From NCBI GenBank assembly GCA_963709845.1, contig CAVPXV010000006.1, forward strand, positions 346,243-410,242: 64,000 nucleotides of DNA, written 5' to 3'. Positions 1-9,964 of this stretch are shown piece by piece. The DNA is from an uncultured Thermoleophilia bacterium (lineage in GTDB: Bacteria; Actinomycetota; Thermoleophilia; UBA2241). A program made the translations under genes and the position numbers. A model generated the notes under the pieces. It was not told where the DNA came from. It searched no databases and saw only the letters and a list, made by a program, of their open reading frames with translations. How positions within the stretch are numbered: the first letter of the stretch is position 1; each line of letters opens with the position of its first letter.

Positions 1-322
1 GCACGTGGAGACTCAGCTCGTCGATCACGCCGAGGGCATAGAGGGAATCGAGGAGCCGGAAGGTGTTGCCGCCGCCCATCATGAGCACTTGCGCCTCGAG
101 GATCGCCTGGTCAGGCGCGCTCGACGTGTGGGCAGAGACGACCTCGATGTCGAAGGCGCCAAGTGCGGCCGCGGCCCGGTCGGCGTAGCCGTCCCAGTCC
201 GCCAGGGCGTACGGGACGAACGTCACCACGTCGCCCGCCGCCACTCCGGCAAAGGCCTCGGCGGCGTGGGAGAACATCGTGCCACCGTAGTTGGTGGAGT
301 TCGACAGCAAGAGCAGCTCCAT
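1..322 (-). CDS. pepE: Dipeptidase E (peptidase S51), truncated by window edge
   Basis: Manual minus-strand translation (not in the ORF track): MELLLLSNSTNYGG...VTFVPYALADWDGY...MMGGGNTFRLLDSL, the PepE N-terminus and GGGNTF motif. Confidence 0.88.
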   Translation of the reverse strand, partial: MELLLLSNSTNYGGTMFSHAAEAFAGVAAGDVVTFVPYALADWDGYADRAAAALGAFDIEVVSAHTSSAPDQAILEAQVLMMGGGNTFRLLDSLYALGVIDELSLHV

Positions 323-609
323 GCGCGCCATTCTGGTCGGCCGGCCCGTGAGGCGATCATGAGCAAGCTGTTGCTGGGGCCGCGGCTGGTTGCGGCGCCT
401 CGCGGCGAAGAGGTTGCGGGTCGAAGAGAAGCGACACGCCCCACCAAGTGACTACCACGCGGTCGGCATCGGGCAAACGTTGGGGGGCGCGGTCGTGCCT
501 GACGCGGGCTTTCAGTCGCTACGGCAGCGCCCGCACGGGTCGGCGTCGCGCCAGCGTCGGCGCGGCGTCGGCGTCGAGTCAAGCCATACCGCAACGCGCC
601 CGACACGGA

Positions 610-642
610 CGGACCGGGCGGCCAGCGGGGCCGCCCGGTCCG
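610..642 (-). terminator. GC-rich hairpin downstream of cold-shock gene
   Basis: 14-bp perfect stem CGGACCGGGCGGCC/GGCCGCCCGGTCCG, 20 nt after the csp stop; no U-tract. Confidence 0.55.
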
Positions 643-662
643 CGGTGCTCGTGCTTCAGCTC

Positions 663-866
663 TTAGAGCGCGCTGACCACAGTCGCCTGCTTCTTGCCGT
701 TCTGGCCGGTGGCTTCCGTGAAGGACACGGCCTGACCCTCGCTGAGGTTCTTCACGCCCCCGCCCTGGATCTCAGAGATGTGGACGAACAGGTCGTCGCC
801 ACTCTCCCGCTCGATGAAGCCGTAACCCTTGTCTGCGTTGAACCATTTCACTTTGCCATCTGCCAT
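663..866 (-). CDS. cspA: Cold-shock protein (CspA family)
   Basis: [15 protein letters not shown] and LFVHIS RNP motifs, 67 aa, AAAGGA RBS. Confidence 0.97.
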   Translation of the reverse strand: MADGKVKWFNADKGYGFIERESGDDLFVHISEIQGGGVKNLSEGQAVSFTEATGQNGKKQATVVSAL

Positions 867-895
867 TGTGTCTCATCCTTTCGCCCCACCAGGGC

Positions 896-986
896 AAAAA
901 CAAAAACGACGTGACCTCCGCCAGAATGCGGTGTGTCACGTCGCAGTCCCACGAGCCGGAATGGCTCGCCTGCTAAAAGTATAGCA
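896..986 (-). promoter_or_regulatory. Extended -10 promoter and structured 5' leader of csp gene
   Basis: Minus strand TGCTATACT at 978-986, then a 9-bp stem (907-915/935-943) followed by TTTTTGTTTTT (896-906). Confidence 0.65.
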
Positions 987-1190
987 CGTTCCGCGTTGGG
1001 CGGGGCCGATGGCGGCGATCGCCGCGCCGTGGGAAGGTGTCCTCCAGACGGCGTCCGCGCGTACGCCAAACGGACCCCTGGTACGCTCTTGCGTACTCGG
1101 GAATCACGGCAGTGCGTGCGCCACCGGATGAGTCCGGCCGAGGCGGCGGAGCCGGACGCCGGCAGCGAGGCCAAGGATGGGCGAGGAGAG

Positions 1191-2196
1191 ATGATCGCGC
1201 AGGACCGCAGCGTGACGTCGCGCGCCGATGGAGCCCTCGAGCTCCTCGACCTGCGGCGGTGCTACGGGGACGTCGTCGCGCTCGATGGCCTCAGCTTCGG
1301 TGTGCCCGCGGGCAAGGTCTTCGGCTTTCTCGGCCCCAACGGCGCCGGCAAGACCACCGCCATGCGCGCCGTCGTCGGCGTGGTCGCGGTGGACAGCGGC
1401 GAGGTGCGCTGGCGCGGCGCCCTCGTCGACGCCCGTGCGCGCCGCACCTTCGGCTACATGCCGGAGGAACGCGGCCTCTACCCCGGCATGATCGTCCTGG
1501 AACAGCTGGAGTACCTGGGCCGCCTCTACGGCATGAGTTTGAATGACGCCCGCGACGCGGCGCGTCAGTGGACCGCTCGCCTGGGCGTAGAGGACAAGCA
1601 GTCGGCCAAGATCGAGACGCTGTCCCAGGGCAACCAGCAGCGCGTGCAGCTCGCGGCGGCGCTCGTACACGAGCCCGAGCTGCTCATCCTCGACGAGCCC
1701 TTCGCGGGCCTGGATCCGGTGGGCGTCGACGAGATGAGCACAATCTTGGCGGAGCGCGCCGCGGCGGGGGCGACCGTGCTCTTCTCGAGTCATCAGCTCG
1801 ACCTGGTGCAGGACCTCTGCGAGGCGGTCGCCATCATCCACCGCGGACGCCTGGTGGCCGAGGGCAGCCTCGCCGAGCTGCGGCGCGGCGGCGAGCCGCG
1901 CCTCGCCGTCCGCGTCGCCGGCGATGCCGAGGGGCGCTGGGCGGAGGGCTTGGCGGGCACGGCCGACGTCGTCGGCCTGACGTCCGGCACCGTGCTTCTC
2001 GCCCTCTCGCCCGGTGCGGACGCGCAGCTCGTGCTCGACGCGGCACGTGCCGCCGGCCCGGTGGAGCACTTCGCGTTCGCAGCAGCGCCGCCTGTCGGAC
2101 GTCTTCCGCGAAGTGGTCGGCTCGGACCCGAAGGAGGTCGACCGGGCAGCCCGGGCGCAGACCGCAACGGCCGCCGAGGGGGGCGGGACGGGGTGA
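1191..2196 (+). CDS. ABC transporter ATP-binding protein (apparent frameshift near 2080)
   Basis: Walker A GPNGAGKT, LSQGNQQ signature, ILDEP; the C-terminus RRLSDVFREVV is in another frame and stops at 2196. Confidence 0.88.
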
Positions 2197-3377
2197 ACGG
2201 CGGCTGGCTTGCGGCGGTCTGGCTGGTCGCCGCGCGCGAACTGCGTCAAGGCACGCGCGCACGGTCCTTCCGCGTCGTGACCTTGCTGCTCGTGCTGACC
2301 GTCGCGGCGGCGGTCGTCCTCCCCGCCGCGCTGCGCGGTCACCGGACCACGGAGAAGGTCGGCATCGTCGGCGGCCCCGAGCCGGCCGTCACCGACACCG
2401 TGCGGACCGCCGCGCGCGTCGCCGGCGTCCGCGTACAGGTCGTGCGCTTCACCGACCTCGGTGCGGCCGAGTCCCAGCTCCGCGCGGGGACCCTGGCGGC
2501 GGTGCTCGTCGGCGGTCGCGAGGTGCTCGTCGACAGGGCGCCCGCTCCGGGGACGGCGGTGAGCGGGGCCAGCCTGAGCGGCGCCCTCGCGCTCGTGGGC
2601 GGCCTCGCGCGCCTCTCCGCGGCGGTTCCGGCGGGCACGCTCAGCCACGGCGTCAACCTCCCCATCCGTGGCCTCAAGCCGCCGCTCACCGACCTCAGCG
2701 TGCGCCTCACGGGCCTCGCCATGACGGTCGCGATCTACATGATCATCCTGCTCTACGGCTCGCGCATCACGGTCGGCGTGAGCGAGGAGAAGTCGAGCCG
2801 CGTGGTCGAGGTGCTGCTCGCCGCCGTGAGCCCCGCGCAACTGCTCTTCGGGAAGGTGCTCGGACTCGGCATTCTCGCCCTCGTGCAGGCGCTGGCGATC
2901 GTCGTCACATTCGTGGCGCTCGGGGCGCTGGTCGGTTCGAGCCTCGTCCACAGCGCCTCGCTCGTGGTGGTCGCCGTGGGCGCGCTGTGGATCGTCGTGG
3001 GCTACGCCTTCTACTGCACCGCATATGCGGCCGCCGGCTCCCTGGTCAGCAAACCCTCGGATGCCTACAACGCCTCGCTGCCGGTGCAGCTGCCGCTGAT
3101 CCTCTCCTACATCCTCACCTTCACGGTGCTGTACGGCAACGGTGTCTACGGCTTCTACTGGTTCCTCGCCTTCTTCCCGCCGACGGCGCCGATCTCGATG
3201 ACCGTCCTCGTCGCCATCGGCGCCGCCCGGCCCTGGGAGGTCGCCCTCTCGGTGCTGCTCTGCCTCGCGGCCACGGTGGGCATGGCCTGGGCCGCCGGCA
3301 CCATCTACGGACGCGCCATCCTGCACAGCGGTGCCCGGCTCAAGTGGCGTCAGGCGCTGCGCAGGGGCGCCTCGTGA
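2193..3377 (+). CDS. ABC-2 type permease (NatB/YhaP-like)
   Basis: VWLVAARELR start, VSEEKSSRVVEVLL motif, multiple TM helices; GTGA overlap with the ATPase stop. Confidence 0.88.
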   Translation: MNGGWLAAVWLVAARELRQGTRARSFRVVTLLLVLTVAAAVVLPAALRGHRTTEKVGIVGGPEPAVTDTVRTAARVAGVRVQVVRFTDLGAAESQLRAGTLAAVLVGGREVLVDRAPAPGTAVSGASLSGALALVGGLARLSAAVPAGTLSHGVNLPIRGLKPPLTDLSVRLTGLAMTVAIYMIILLYGSRITVGVSEEKSSRVVEVLLAAVSPAQLLFGKVLGLGILALVQALAIVVTFVALGALVGSSLVHSASLVVVAVGALWIVVGYAFYCTAYAAAGSLVSKPSDAYNASLPVQLPLILSYILTFTVLYGNGVYGFYWFLAFFPPTAPISMTVLVAIGAARPWEVALSVLLCLAATVGMAWAAGTIYGRAILHSGARLKWRQALRRGAS

Positions 3378-3426
3378 CCGACGTTCGCCGAGCCGGGTAG
3401 AACAGGCGCATGGAAAGGAGGCACCG

Positions 3427-3885
3427 ATGAACAGAGGTCTGACCGCTCACGCCTCCGTCGCCATTGACGCTCCCCGCGCCCGGGTCTGGAAAGCGCTCGT
3501 GACGCCCGAGGACACCAGGCACTACATGTTCGGCGCCGAGGTCGTGTCAGATTGGCGGGTGGGGAGCTCCATCGCCTGGAGAGGCGAGTGGCAGGGCCGC
3601 GCCTTCGAAGACAGGGGTGTGATCCTCGAGGCCCGGCCCGAGCGGACTCTCCGGTTCAGCCACTTCAGTCCGCTCTCCGGGCTTCCGGACGAGCCCGAGA
3701 ACTACCACAACGTGACGATCGAGCTCGCCGACGAGGGCACGGGGACGCGCGTCAAGCTATCCCAGGACAACAACTCCAGCGAACAGGCGCGCGAGCACTC
3801 CGAGAAGAACTGGGCCGCGATGCTGACGGCCTTGAAGGCGTTCCTCGAGGAGAGCGTGGCCGCCGCGGCCCAGAGCGACGCCTGA
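3427..3885 (+). CDS. SRPBCC/AHSA1 domain protein
   Basis: IDAPRARVWKALV...SDWRVGS...NWAAMLTALK pattern; AAGGAGG RBS. Confidence 0.88.
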   Translation: MNRGLTAHASVAIDAPRARVWKALVTPEDTRHYMFGAEVVSDWRVGSSIAWRGEWQGRAFEDRGVILEARPERTLRFSHFSPLSGLPDEPENYHNVTIELADEGTGTRVKLSQDNNSSEQAREHSEKNWAAMLTALKAFLEESVAAAAQSDA

Positions 3886-3987
3886 TTCGAGTCGGTCACT
3901 CGGCGCGGCGTTCGGCGAGGCCTTGAACGAGGATGCGGCGGGCATACCGTGAGGACGCCACCAACCGCGCAGCCGGAAGGAGCCACC

Positions 3988-4569
3988 GTGAAGAAGTCGC
4001 TCGGTCCCGAGACCCTGCTCTACCCCACCCCCGTCCTGGTGGTCGGCAGCTACGACGCCGAAGGTCGGGCCAACGCGATGACCGCCGCCTGGGGCGGCGT
4101 CGCCTGCTCCAGGCCGCCCTGCCTCTGCATCTCCCTGAGGGCGGCGACCGCCAGCCACGGGAACATCATGGCGCGCAAGGCGTTCACGATCAGCCTGCCG
4201 AATCGCGAGCAGGCGGCCGCGGCCGACTACTTCGGCATCGTCTCCGGACGCAACGTCGACAAGTTCGCGGCCGCAGGCCTCACGGCCACGCACGCCGAGT
4301 TCGTCGATGCGCCCTACGTCGCTGAGTTCCCGCTCAACATCGAGTGTGAGCTCACCGAGGTGCACGAGCTCGGCCTGCATACCCAGTTCATCGGCCTCGT
4401 CAAGGACGTCAAGATCGACGACAGCTGCCTGGACGCAGAGGGTCACCTCGACGTGCGCAAGCTCGATCCCATCGCCTTCGCCATCCCCAGCAGCTACTTC
4501 GCGCTGGGCGAGCTCCTCGGCCCGGCCTACTCGATCGGCAAGGTCTTCACCGCCGCCAAAGAGGGGTGA
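3988..4569 (+). CDS. Flavin reductase family protein (flavoredoxin-like)
   Basis: LYPTPVLVVGSYD, NAMTAAWGG, GIVSGRNVDKF, LGLHTQFIG motifs. Confidence 0.9.
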   Translation: MKKSLGPETLLYPTPVLVVGSYDAEGRANAMTAAWGGVACSRPPCLCISLRAATASHGNIMARKAFTISLPNREQAAAADYFGIVSGRNVDKFAAAGLTATHAEFVDAPYVAEFPLNIECELTEVHELGLHTQFIGLVKDVKIDDSCLDAEGHLDVRKLDPIAFAIPSSYFALGELLGPAYSIGKVFTAAKEG

Positions 4570-4714
4570 GCCCGGGGCGACGCCATGGAGGGACTTCCCG
4601 GAGTCGTCGGCAGGCCCACGGCTGGACGATTCCGCGGAGGCCGGCAACGAGCCGCACCGTCATCTGCTGAACTAGCCAGAAGCGGCCATCGCGCATCACA
4701 TCGTCGGGTGTCGC

Positions 4715-5194
4715 TCACCACACGAACGGCACAAAGCTGTGGTGCACGTTCGCCCGGTACTCTTCGTAGTCGGGGTGCGCCTCGACGAGCCAAGCCTCCT
4801 CACGACGCCGCTTGGCGTCGAGGAAGACCGCCGCGGCGGTCCACGGTGCCAGCGCCAGCGGGGACGAGAGAAGCGACCAGGCCAGCGCCAGCAGCAGGAC
4901 GCCGCCGTACATCGGGTGGCGGACGAGGCCGTAGGCCCCGCCACGCTTGAGGCTGCCCTCCTCGACCGGTTTCGGGAACGGCGTTATCTGCCTGCCGAGG
5001 CCGCCGGCAGCGCCGGCGAACAGGGAGAGGCCGCCGAGGGCGCTCACGGCAGCGGCGACTTGTCGCACCTGGCGCGCCGATGACGGCCAGCGCGAGCCGC
5101 GGACCCCGGCGGCAGCGATGGCGGCGAGGAGCACCAGCTGCAGGGCGACCCAGCCCTCGCCGCGGCGTCCGAGCTGAGGCAGGCTTCCGTTCAT
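4715..5194 (-). CDS. Isoprenylcysteine carboxyl methyltransferase / PEMT family membrane protein
   Basis: GAYGLVRHPMYGG motif, REEAWL, YEEY. Confidence 0.88.
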   Translation of the reverse strand: MNGSLPQLGRRGEGWVALQLVLLAAIAAAGVRGSRWPSSARQVRQVAAAVSALGGLSLFAGAAGGLGRQITPFPKPVEEGSLKRGGAYGLVRHPMYGGVLLLALAWSLLSSPLALAPWTAAAVFLDAKRRREEAWLVEAHPDYEEYRANVHHSFVPFVW

Positions 5195-5360
5195 GAGGCG
5201 CCTTTACCCAGTTCGGGCGGAGTCCCGCCGTTACGGGGTCACTGCGCCGGAGTCCCGCGTCGCCCGGACGACATCCACGCGGGTCACGCGCGCGGGAAGG
5301 CCGTCATCACCGTCTGAGGCGTGCCTCGGCGACCCACAAGCTCCTCTTGCAGGGCGGCCT

Positions 5361-6242
5361 CTAGGACCCCAGAGGGAACCAGCGCTCGCGATGCTGGAAC
5401 AGGTAGCGGTCCGTGAGGAAGTTCAGGACCATGCGCGCGTGCCGGAAGTGCTCCACGATGTAGGCGAGCACCGGCGCGAAGCCGAGGTCGCGGTGCAGCG
5501 TCGCCTCCCACGAGAGCGCATACGAGCGGCGCCCGATCGACTCGAGCTGCGCCAGCGCCCCCAGGTCCGGGATCAATGGCCGCGCCGGCCGCTCCTCCCC
5601 GCCTTGCCCCGCGGCGAGCGCCCGGCTCAGGCGCTCGACCGCGAGCGGCGCCAGCGCGTGAGCCTCGGCGTAGTCGGGGAACACGCCGCTCAGGAACAAG
5701 CTCAGATCGCCGAGCCGCCGATAGAGGACCAGACGCTGGTCGGGCGGCACCGTGAGGATGAGCTCGGCGAACTGGGCCGGGTCGAGCTCGCTGAAGCGCC
5801 GGTGCCGCCAGCCGCGCCGGCTCTTGACCCAGATCGCCCCGCTGGCCACGTGCGTGTACGAGGCGAGCAGGTCGGCGAGGAAGAGCCGCCGCAAGGGGTC
5901 GGCCACCAATTCGCGCAGCGGCTCCACCTCGAACACGGGTACGCTGCGCCGAGAGCCGATACGCTCGGGCACGAACGCCAGCCCCTCGAGGAGCACCGGC
6001 GTGCGCGCCAGCAGGGTCGCAAACGCCATGAAGGGACTCACCAGCACGAGCGCGTCCTCGTCGCTCCGGCGGAACAGTGCCTCGAACAGCTCTGGCGCTC
6101 CGAGGAGGCGCTCGATCTCCCCCGCCTGGTCGCGCAGGCGAACGGCGGCAGGCGCGCCCCCGACCGACCCGCCGGCCACCCGCGCCAGCAGCTCCAGGTC
6201 ACGGTCGGTCAAGCGTTCGCGCAGGAGAAGATCAGCAACCAT
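5361..6242 (-). CDS. Conserved hypothetical protein
   Basis: Long ORF with globular composition (YRRLGDLSLFLSGVFPD); no function recognised. Confidence 0.7.
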   Translation of the reverse strand: MVADLLLRERLTDRDLELLARVAGGSVGGAPAAVRLRDQAGEIERLLGAPELFEALFRRSDEDALVLVSPFMAFATLLARTPVLLEGLAFVPERIGSRRSVPVFEVEPLRELVADPLRRLFLADLLASYTHVASGAIWVKSRRGWRHRRFSELDPAQFAELILTVPPDQRLVLYRRLGDLSLFLSGVFPDYAEAHALAPLAVERLSRALAAGQGGEERPARPLIPDLGALAQLESIGRRSYALSWEATLHRDLGFAPVLAYIVEHFRHARMVLNFLTDRYLFQHRERWFPLGS

Positions 6243-6364
6243 GTCACGGTTCTTCCCGCAGAGCCGGGACGTCCAGCATGGCCCGCTGGCGGCCGTCGCC
6301 GGTCGGCCGCCCCGCGGTCGCCTGACGGCCGCCCATGAGGACGTTGCCGTGCGCTCGCGCCTTG

Positions 6365-6471
6365 GCTCACCACACGAACGGCAGGGAACCTCTCCGAACC
6401 CTCGCCCGGGTACTCCTCGTAATCGGGGTGCGCCTCGACGAGCCAGCCCCCCCAACGACACCGCTTGGCGT
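6365..6471 (-). repeat. Decayed direct duplicate of the 3' end of the 4715-5194 methyltransferase gene
   Basis: Shares GCTCACCACACGAACGGCA, TCGGGGTGCGCCTCGACGAGCCA and CCGCTTGGCGT with 4713-4818. Confidence 0.85.
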
Positions 6472-6556
6472 GGCCGCCGCGACAGTGCGCGGCATCGCGA
6501 CTCCCTGAGGTCGGCCCCGGGGCTCGGCCCGCCCGCGCGGCCGGGTATACCCCATC

Positions 6557-7030
6557 ATGGCTCCCTGGAAGCTTCCACCGCCGGCCAAGATCTACGAGGC
6601 CTTCAGCGCCCTCGCGGACGGCCGCGTGCACATCGAGGAGCCGGGACGCGCCACGGTGCGGTCTTCCGGCGGCGACAAGACCTACACGGTCGAGTGGACG
6701 GGCGATTTCGCGGCCGTCACGTCGAACGACAACGCCTCGTACTGGCAGGGCTACCTGGGCTACCCGATCGTGGCCGTCCTCGTCGCCGCGGGGAAGGTGG
6801 ACGTCGACGGGGCCGTGCCGGGGATGCTCGCGGGGATCGACTGGCATGCCCTGAACGAGCGCTTCAGGCGCGACTACGACGCCGCCGTATCGCAGGTGCT
6901 CGACGACCTCGACGAACGCGGAGAGGATTGCGCGCGCATCATGCGCGCGGTCGACAGCGCGATGGACCAGCTCGAGGCGCTCAAGCTGGAGCGAGGGGGA
7001 CGAGGCCGCCGGCCTCCCTCGCGAGGCTGA
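6557..7030 (+). CDS. Conserved hypothetical protein
   Basis: WKLPPPAKIYEA...SNDNASYWQGYLGYP; clean high-GC3 frame. Confidence 0.75.
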   Translation: MAPWKLPPPAKIYEAFSALADGRVHIEEPGRATVRSSGGDKTYTVEWTGDFAAVTSNDNASYWQGYLGYPIVAVLVAAGKVDVDGAVPGMLAGIDWHALNERFRRDYDAAVSQVLDDLDERGEDCARIMRAVDSAMDQLEALKLERGGRGRRPPSRG

Positions 7031-7128
7031 AGCTCAGCGGCAGAAGGTCGTCGGATGCGCCTCACCCCTGCGAGTGCAGTCCCCGCCTCGGGCGAGGCCC
7101 CGGCCGATCGCGAGCCGCCGGTCGCCGG

Positions 7129-7836
7129 TCAGGCGGCGAGCATACGCTCCGCGTCCACCGCGCCGCCGGCGTCCTCCTCGTGCTTGAACAGCAGGTAGAC
7201 GTCGCGCCCGTCGCCGAGCAGCTCGCGCGAGCGCCTCCGCAGGCGCGCGATCGCCGTCTCGTCGTAGTCCGGTTTGCGCAGCCGGTAGTAGACGAAGTCG
7301 GCGGTGACTACGTCCGGCACCGTGAGCGTTTCGGACTCCGCCACGCAGAGGGCGGCGTTGCGCCGGCTCAGCAGCTCGTAGACTTCCGGGACGAACCACG
7401 AGGCATGCCGGAACTCGACGGCGAAGCGCACGTCGCCGGGGAGCATCTCGAAGAAGCGTTCGAGGCGCGGCAGGTCGAGCTTGAGGTTCGGCGGCAGCTG
7501 CAGGAGCACGGGGCCCAGGCGCCCGGCCTCATGGAGCGGGCGCAACGTCGAAAGGAAGAACTCGGCAGGCTCGCGTGCCTCCTCTTTCAGCCGTTTCACG
7601 TGCGTGATCGACTGGTGCGCCTTGACCGCGAACGCGAACCCGGGCGGCGTCGAGGCAACCCACGCCGCCACCGTCTTCGCCGACGGCATGTGGCGGAACG
7701 TGTAGTTGATCTCCACACAGTTGAGCCGGCCGGCGTAGTGCTCCAGAAAGCGCGCGGCCGGGAGCTTCTCGGGGTAGAACTCGGGCTTCCAAGCCGGGTA
7801 GGCGAACCCGGAGGTGCCCGCATAGAGCGTCGCCAC
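7129..7836 (-). CDS. DUF72 family protein
   Basis: GTSGFAY, VEINYTF, FAVKAHQSITH, LLQLPP, AVEFRH. Confidence 0.93.
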   Translation of the reverse strand: MATLYAGTSGFAYPAWKPEFYPEKLPAARFLEHYAGRLNCVEINYTFRHMPSAKTVAAWVASTPPGFAFAVKAHQSITHVKRLKEEAREPAEFFLSTLRPLHEAGRLGPVLLQLPPNLKLDLPRLERFFEMLPGDVRFAVEFRHASWFVPEVYELLSRRNAALCVAESETLTVPDVVTADFVYYRLRKPDYDETAIARLRRRSRELLGDGRDVYLLFKHEEDAGGAVDAERMLAA

Positions 7837-8049
7837 GTCTCACCTCGCTTCCTCCGTGGACCATGAGGACGGACGGCGGGCAGAGGAGGGCCTGCAGCGC
7901 CGACCGTCCTGCCTTTCAGGTGCCCGCTGCGCCGCGGGGTCACACCAGAGTGCCGGGCATGGCATCGCCGCCACCTCGAGCGGGAAAGCATGCAGTGGAA
8001 CGCGTGGGGTGGACCGCAGTCACAGGCAGAGAAGACGAGGAGGACGACG

Positions 8050-9925
8050 ATGAGCGCTCAACCCCATGTCACCGAAGACCTGCCAGGCCTGGAGGCCGTA
8101 CGCGAGCTGGCGGGCCAGCTCCGCGCCGACAGTATCCGCTGTACGTCGGCGGCCGGCTCCGGCCACCCGACGTCCAGTCTCTCGGCGGCCGACTTGATGG
8201 CCGCCCTCTTCGCCCGCCACCTGCACTACGACTGGGGCAGGCCCGAGCGCCCGGACAACGACCGCCTGATCTTCTCCAAGGGCCACGCGTCGCCGCTGCT
8301 CTACGCCCTCTACAAAGCTGCCGGCGTGATCAGCGACCGAGAGCTCGTGGAGACGTACCGGCGAGCCGGATCGCCGCTGCAGGGTCACCCCACTCCGATG
8401 TTGCCGTGGGTCGACGTGGCGACGGGCTCCCTGGGACAAGGGCTGCCTGCCGGCGTCGGCATGGCCCTCGCCGGCAAGCTGCTCGACCAGCTCGACTACC
8501 GCGTGTGGGTGCTATGCGGCGACAGCGAGCTGGCCGAGGGCTCCATCTGGGAGGCGCTCGACAAGGCTGCGTTCTACGGTCTCTCCAACCTGACGGTGAT
8601 CGTCGACGTGAACCGGCTGGGGCAGCAGGGGCCCACCGAGCTGCAGTGGGACCTCGAGGCCTACCGGCGGCGCGTCGAGGCCTTCGGGGCTCGCGCCGCG
8701 GTCATCGACGGCCACGAAATCGGGCAGATCGACGAGGCCTTCTCGCTCGCCGAGCGGTCCGACCGGCCGACGGTCGTCCTGGCGCGGACGGTCAAGGGCA
8801 AGGGCGTCCCCGAGGTCGAGGACAAGAACGGCTGGCACGGCAAGCCGCTGCCGGCGGACGTCGCGGAGAAGGCCGTGCGCGCCCTCGGCGGCGTTCGCGA
8901 GCTGAGGGTCGCGACGCCGCCGCGCCGCGCACGGCCGTCGGCGGTCACGGCGAGGCCGCGGCCCGCCGTGGAGCTGCCGCGCTACGAGGTGGGCGCCAAG
9001 GTCGCGACGCGCACGGCCTTCGGCGATACACTCGCCGCGCTCGGCGCCCGGCCGGAGATCGTCGTCATCGACGGCGAGGTCGGCAACTCGACGTTCACCG
9101 AGACGTTCAAGGCCCACTACCCCGAGCGCTTCTTCCAGATGTACATCGCGGAGGGGCAGATGATCGGCACGGCGGTCGGCCTGAGCGCGCGCGGCTACGT
9201 GCCGTACGCGGCCACCTTCGCCGCCTTCCTCAGCCGCGCCTATCGACTTCGTGCGCATGGCCGCGGTCTCGAAGGCGGACATCCGCCTGTGCGGCTCGCA
9301 CGCCGGCGTGGAGATCGGCCAGGACGGGCCGTCGCAGATGGGGCTCGAGGACATCGCGACGATGCGCGCCGTGCACGGCTCGACCGTGCTCTATCCGAGC
9401 GACGCGACCTCGGCGGCGGCGCTGACCGCGGCGATGGCCGACCGCGCCGGAGTCAGCTACCTGCGCACCACGCGCGGCGCCTACCCGGTCCTCTACGCCG
9501 CCGGCGAGAGCTTCCCGGTGGGCGGCTCCAAGACCCTCCGGCTCTCGGGCGAGGACGAGGTGTTGCTCGCCGGCGCCGGCGTCACGCTCCACGCCTGTCT
9601 CGAAGCGGCGGAGCGGCTCGCCGCGCACGGCGTGTCGGCGCGGGTGATCGACCTCTACTCGGTCAAGCCCATCGACGGCGAGGGCCTGGCGGCGGCGGCG
9701 CGCGCCTCGGAGCGCCGCCTCGTCGTGGTCGAAGACCACTACCCCGAAGGCGGCCTCGGCGAAGCCGTCCTGGCCGCCCTCGCCGGCACCGGCGAGGCGT
9801 TCCGGGTCGAGCACCTCGCCGTCCGCGGCATGCCCGGCTCGGGCACCCCGGCGGAGCTCATGAAGGCCGCCGGGATCAGCGCCGACGACATCGAGGCGGC
9901 GGCACAGCGGCTGCTCGAGAGCTAG
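8050..9925 (+). CDS. tkt: Transketolase (single frameshift near 9243)
   Basis: SGHPTSSLS, FSKGHA, TGSLGQG, GDSELAEG TPP motif; continues in the 9251-9925 frame (GQDGPSQM, EDHYPEGG). Confidence 0.92.
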
Positions 9926-9964
9926 CTAGGGCCGCCCCGCGCCGCGGCCGCCGCGGGCGAGCAG

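Noticed and set aside
1104-3326. Long antisense ORFs (also 5752-7866, 21664-23283, 27636-29258, 42448-44118)
   Set aside because: Shadow frames expected in high-GC DNA; Arg/Ala/Pro-rich with no motifs, opposite well-supported genes
933-3377. 814-aa ATPase-permease fusion in the ORF track
   Set aside because: Produced by a frameshift near 2080; the ATPase C-terminus is in another frame and the permease has its own GTG overlapping the stop
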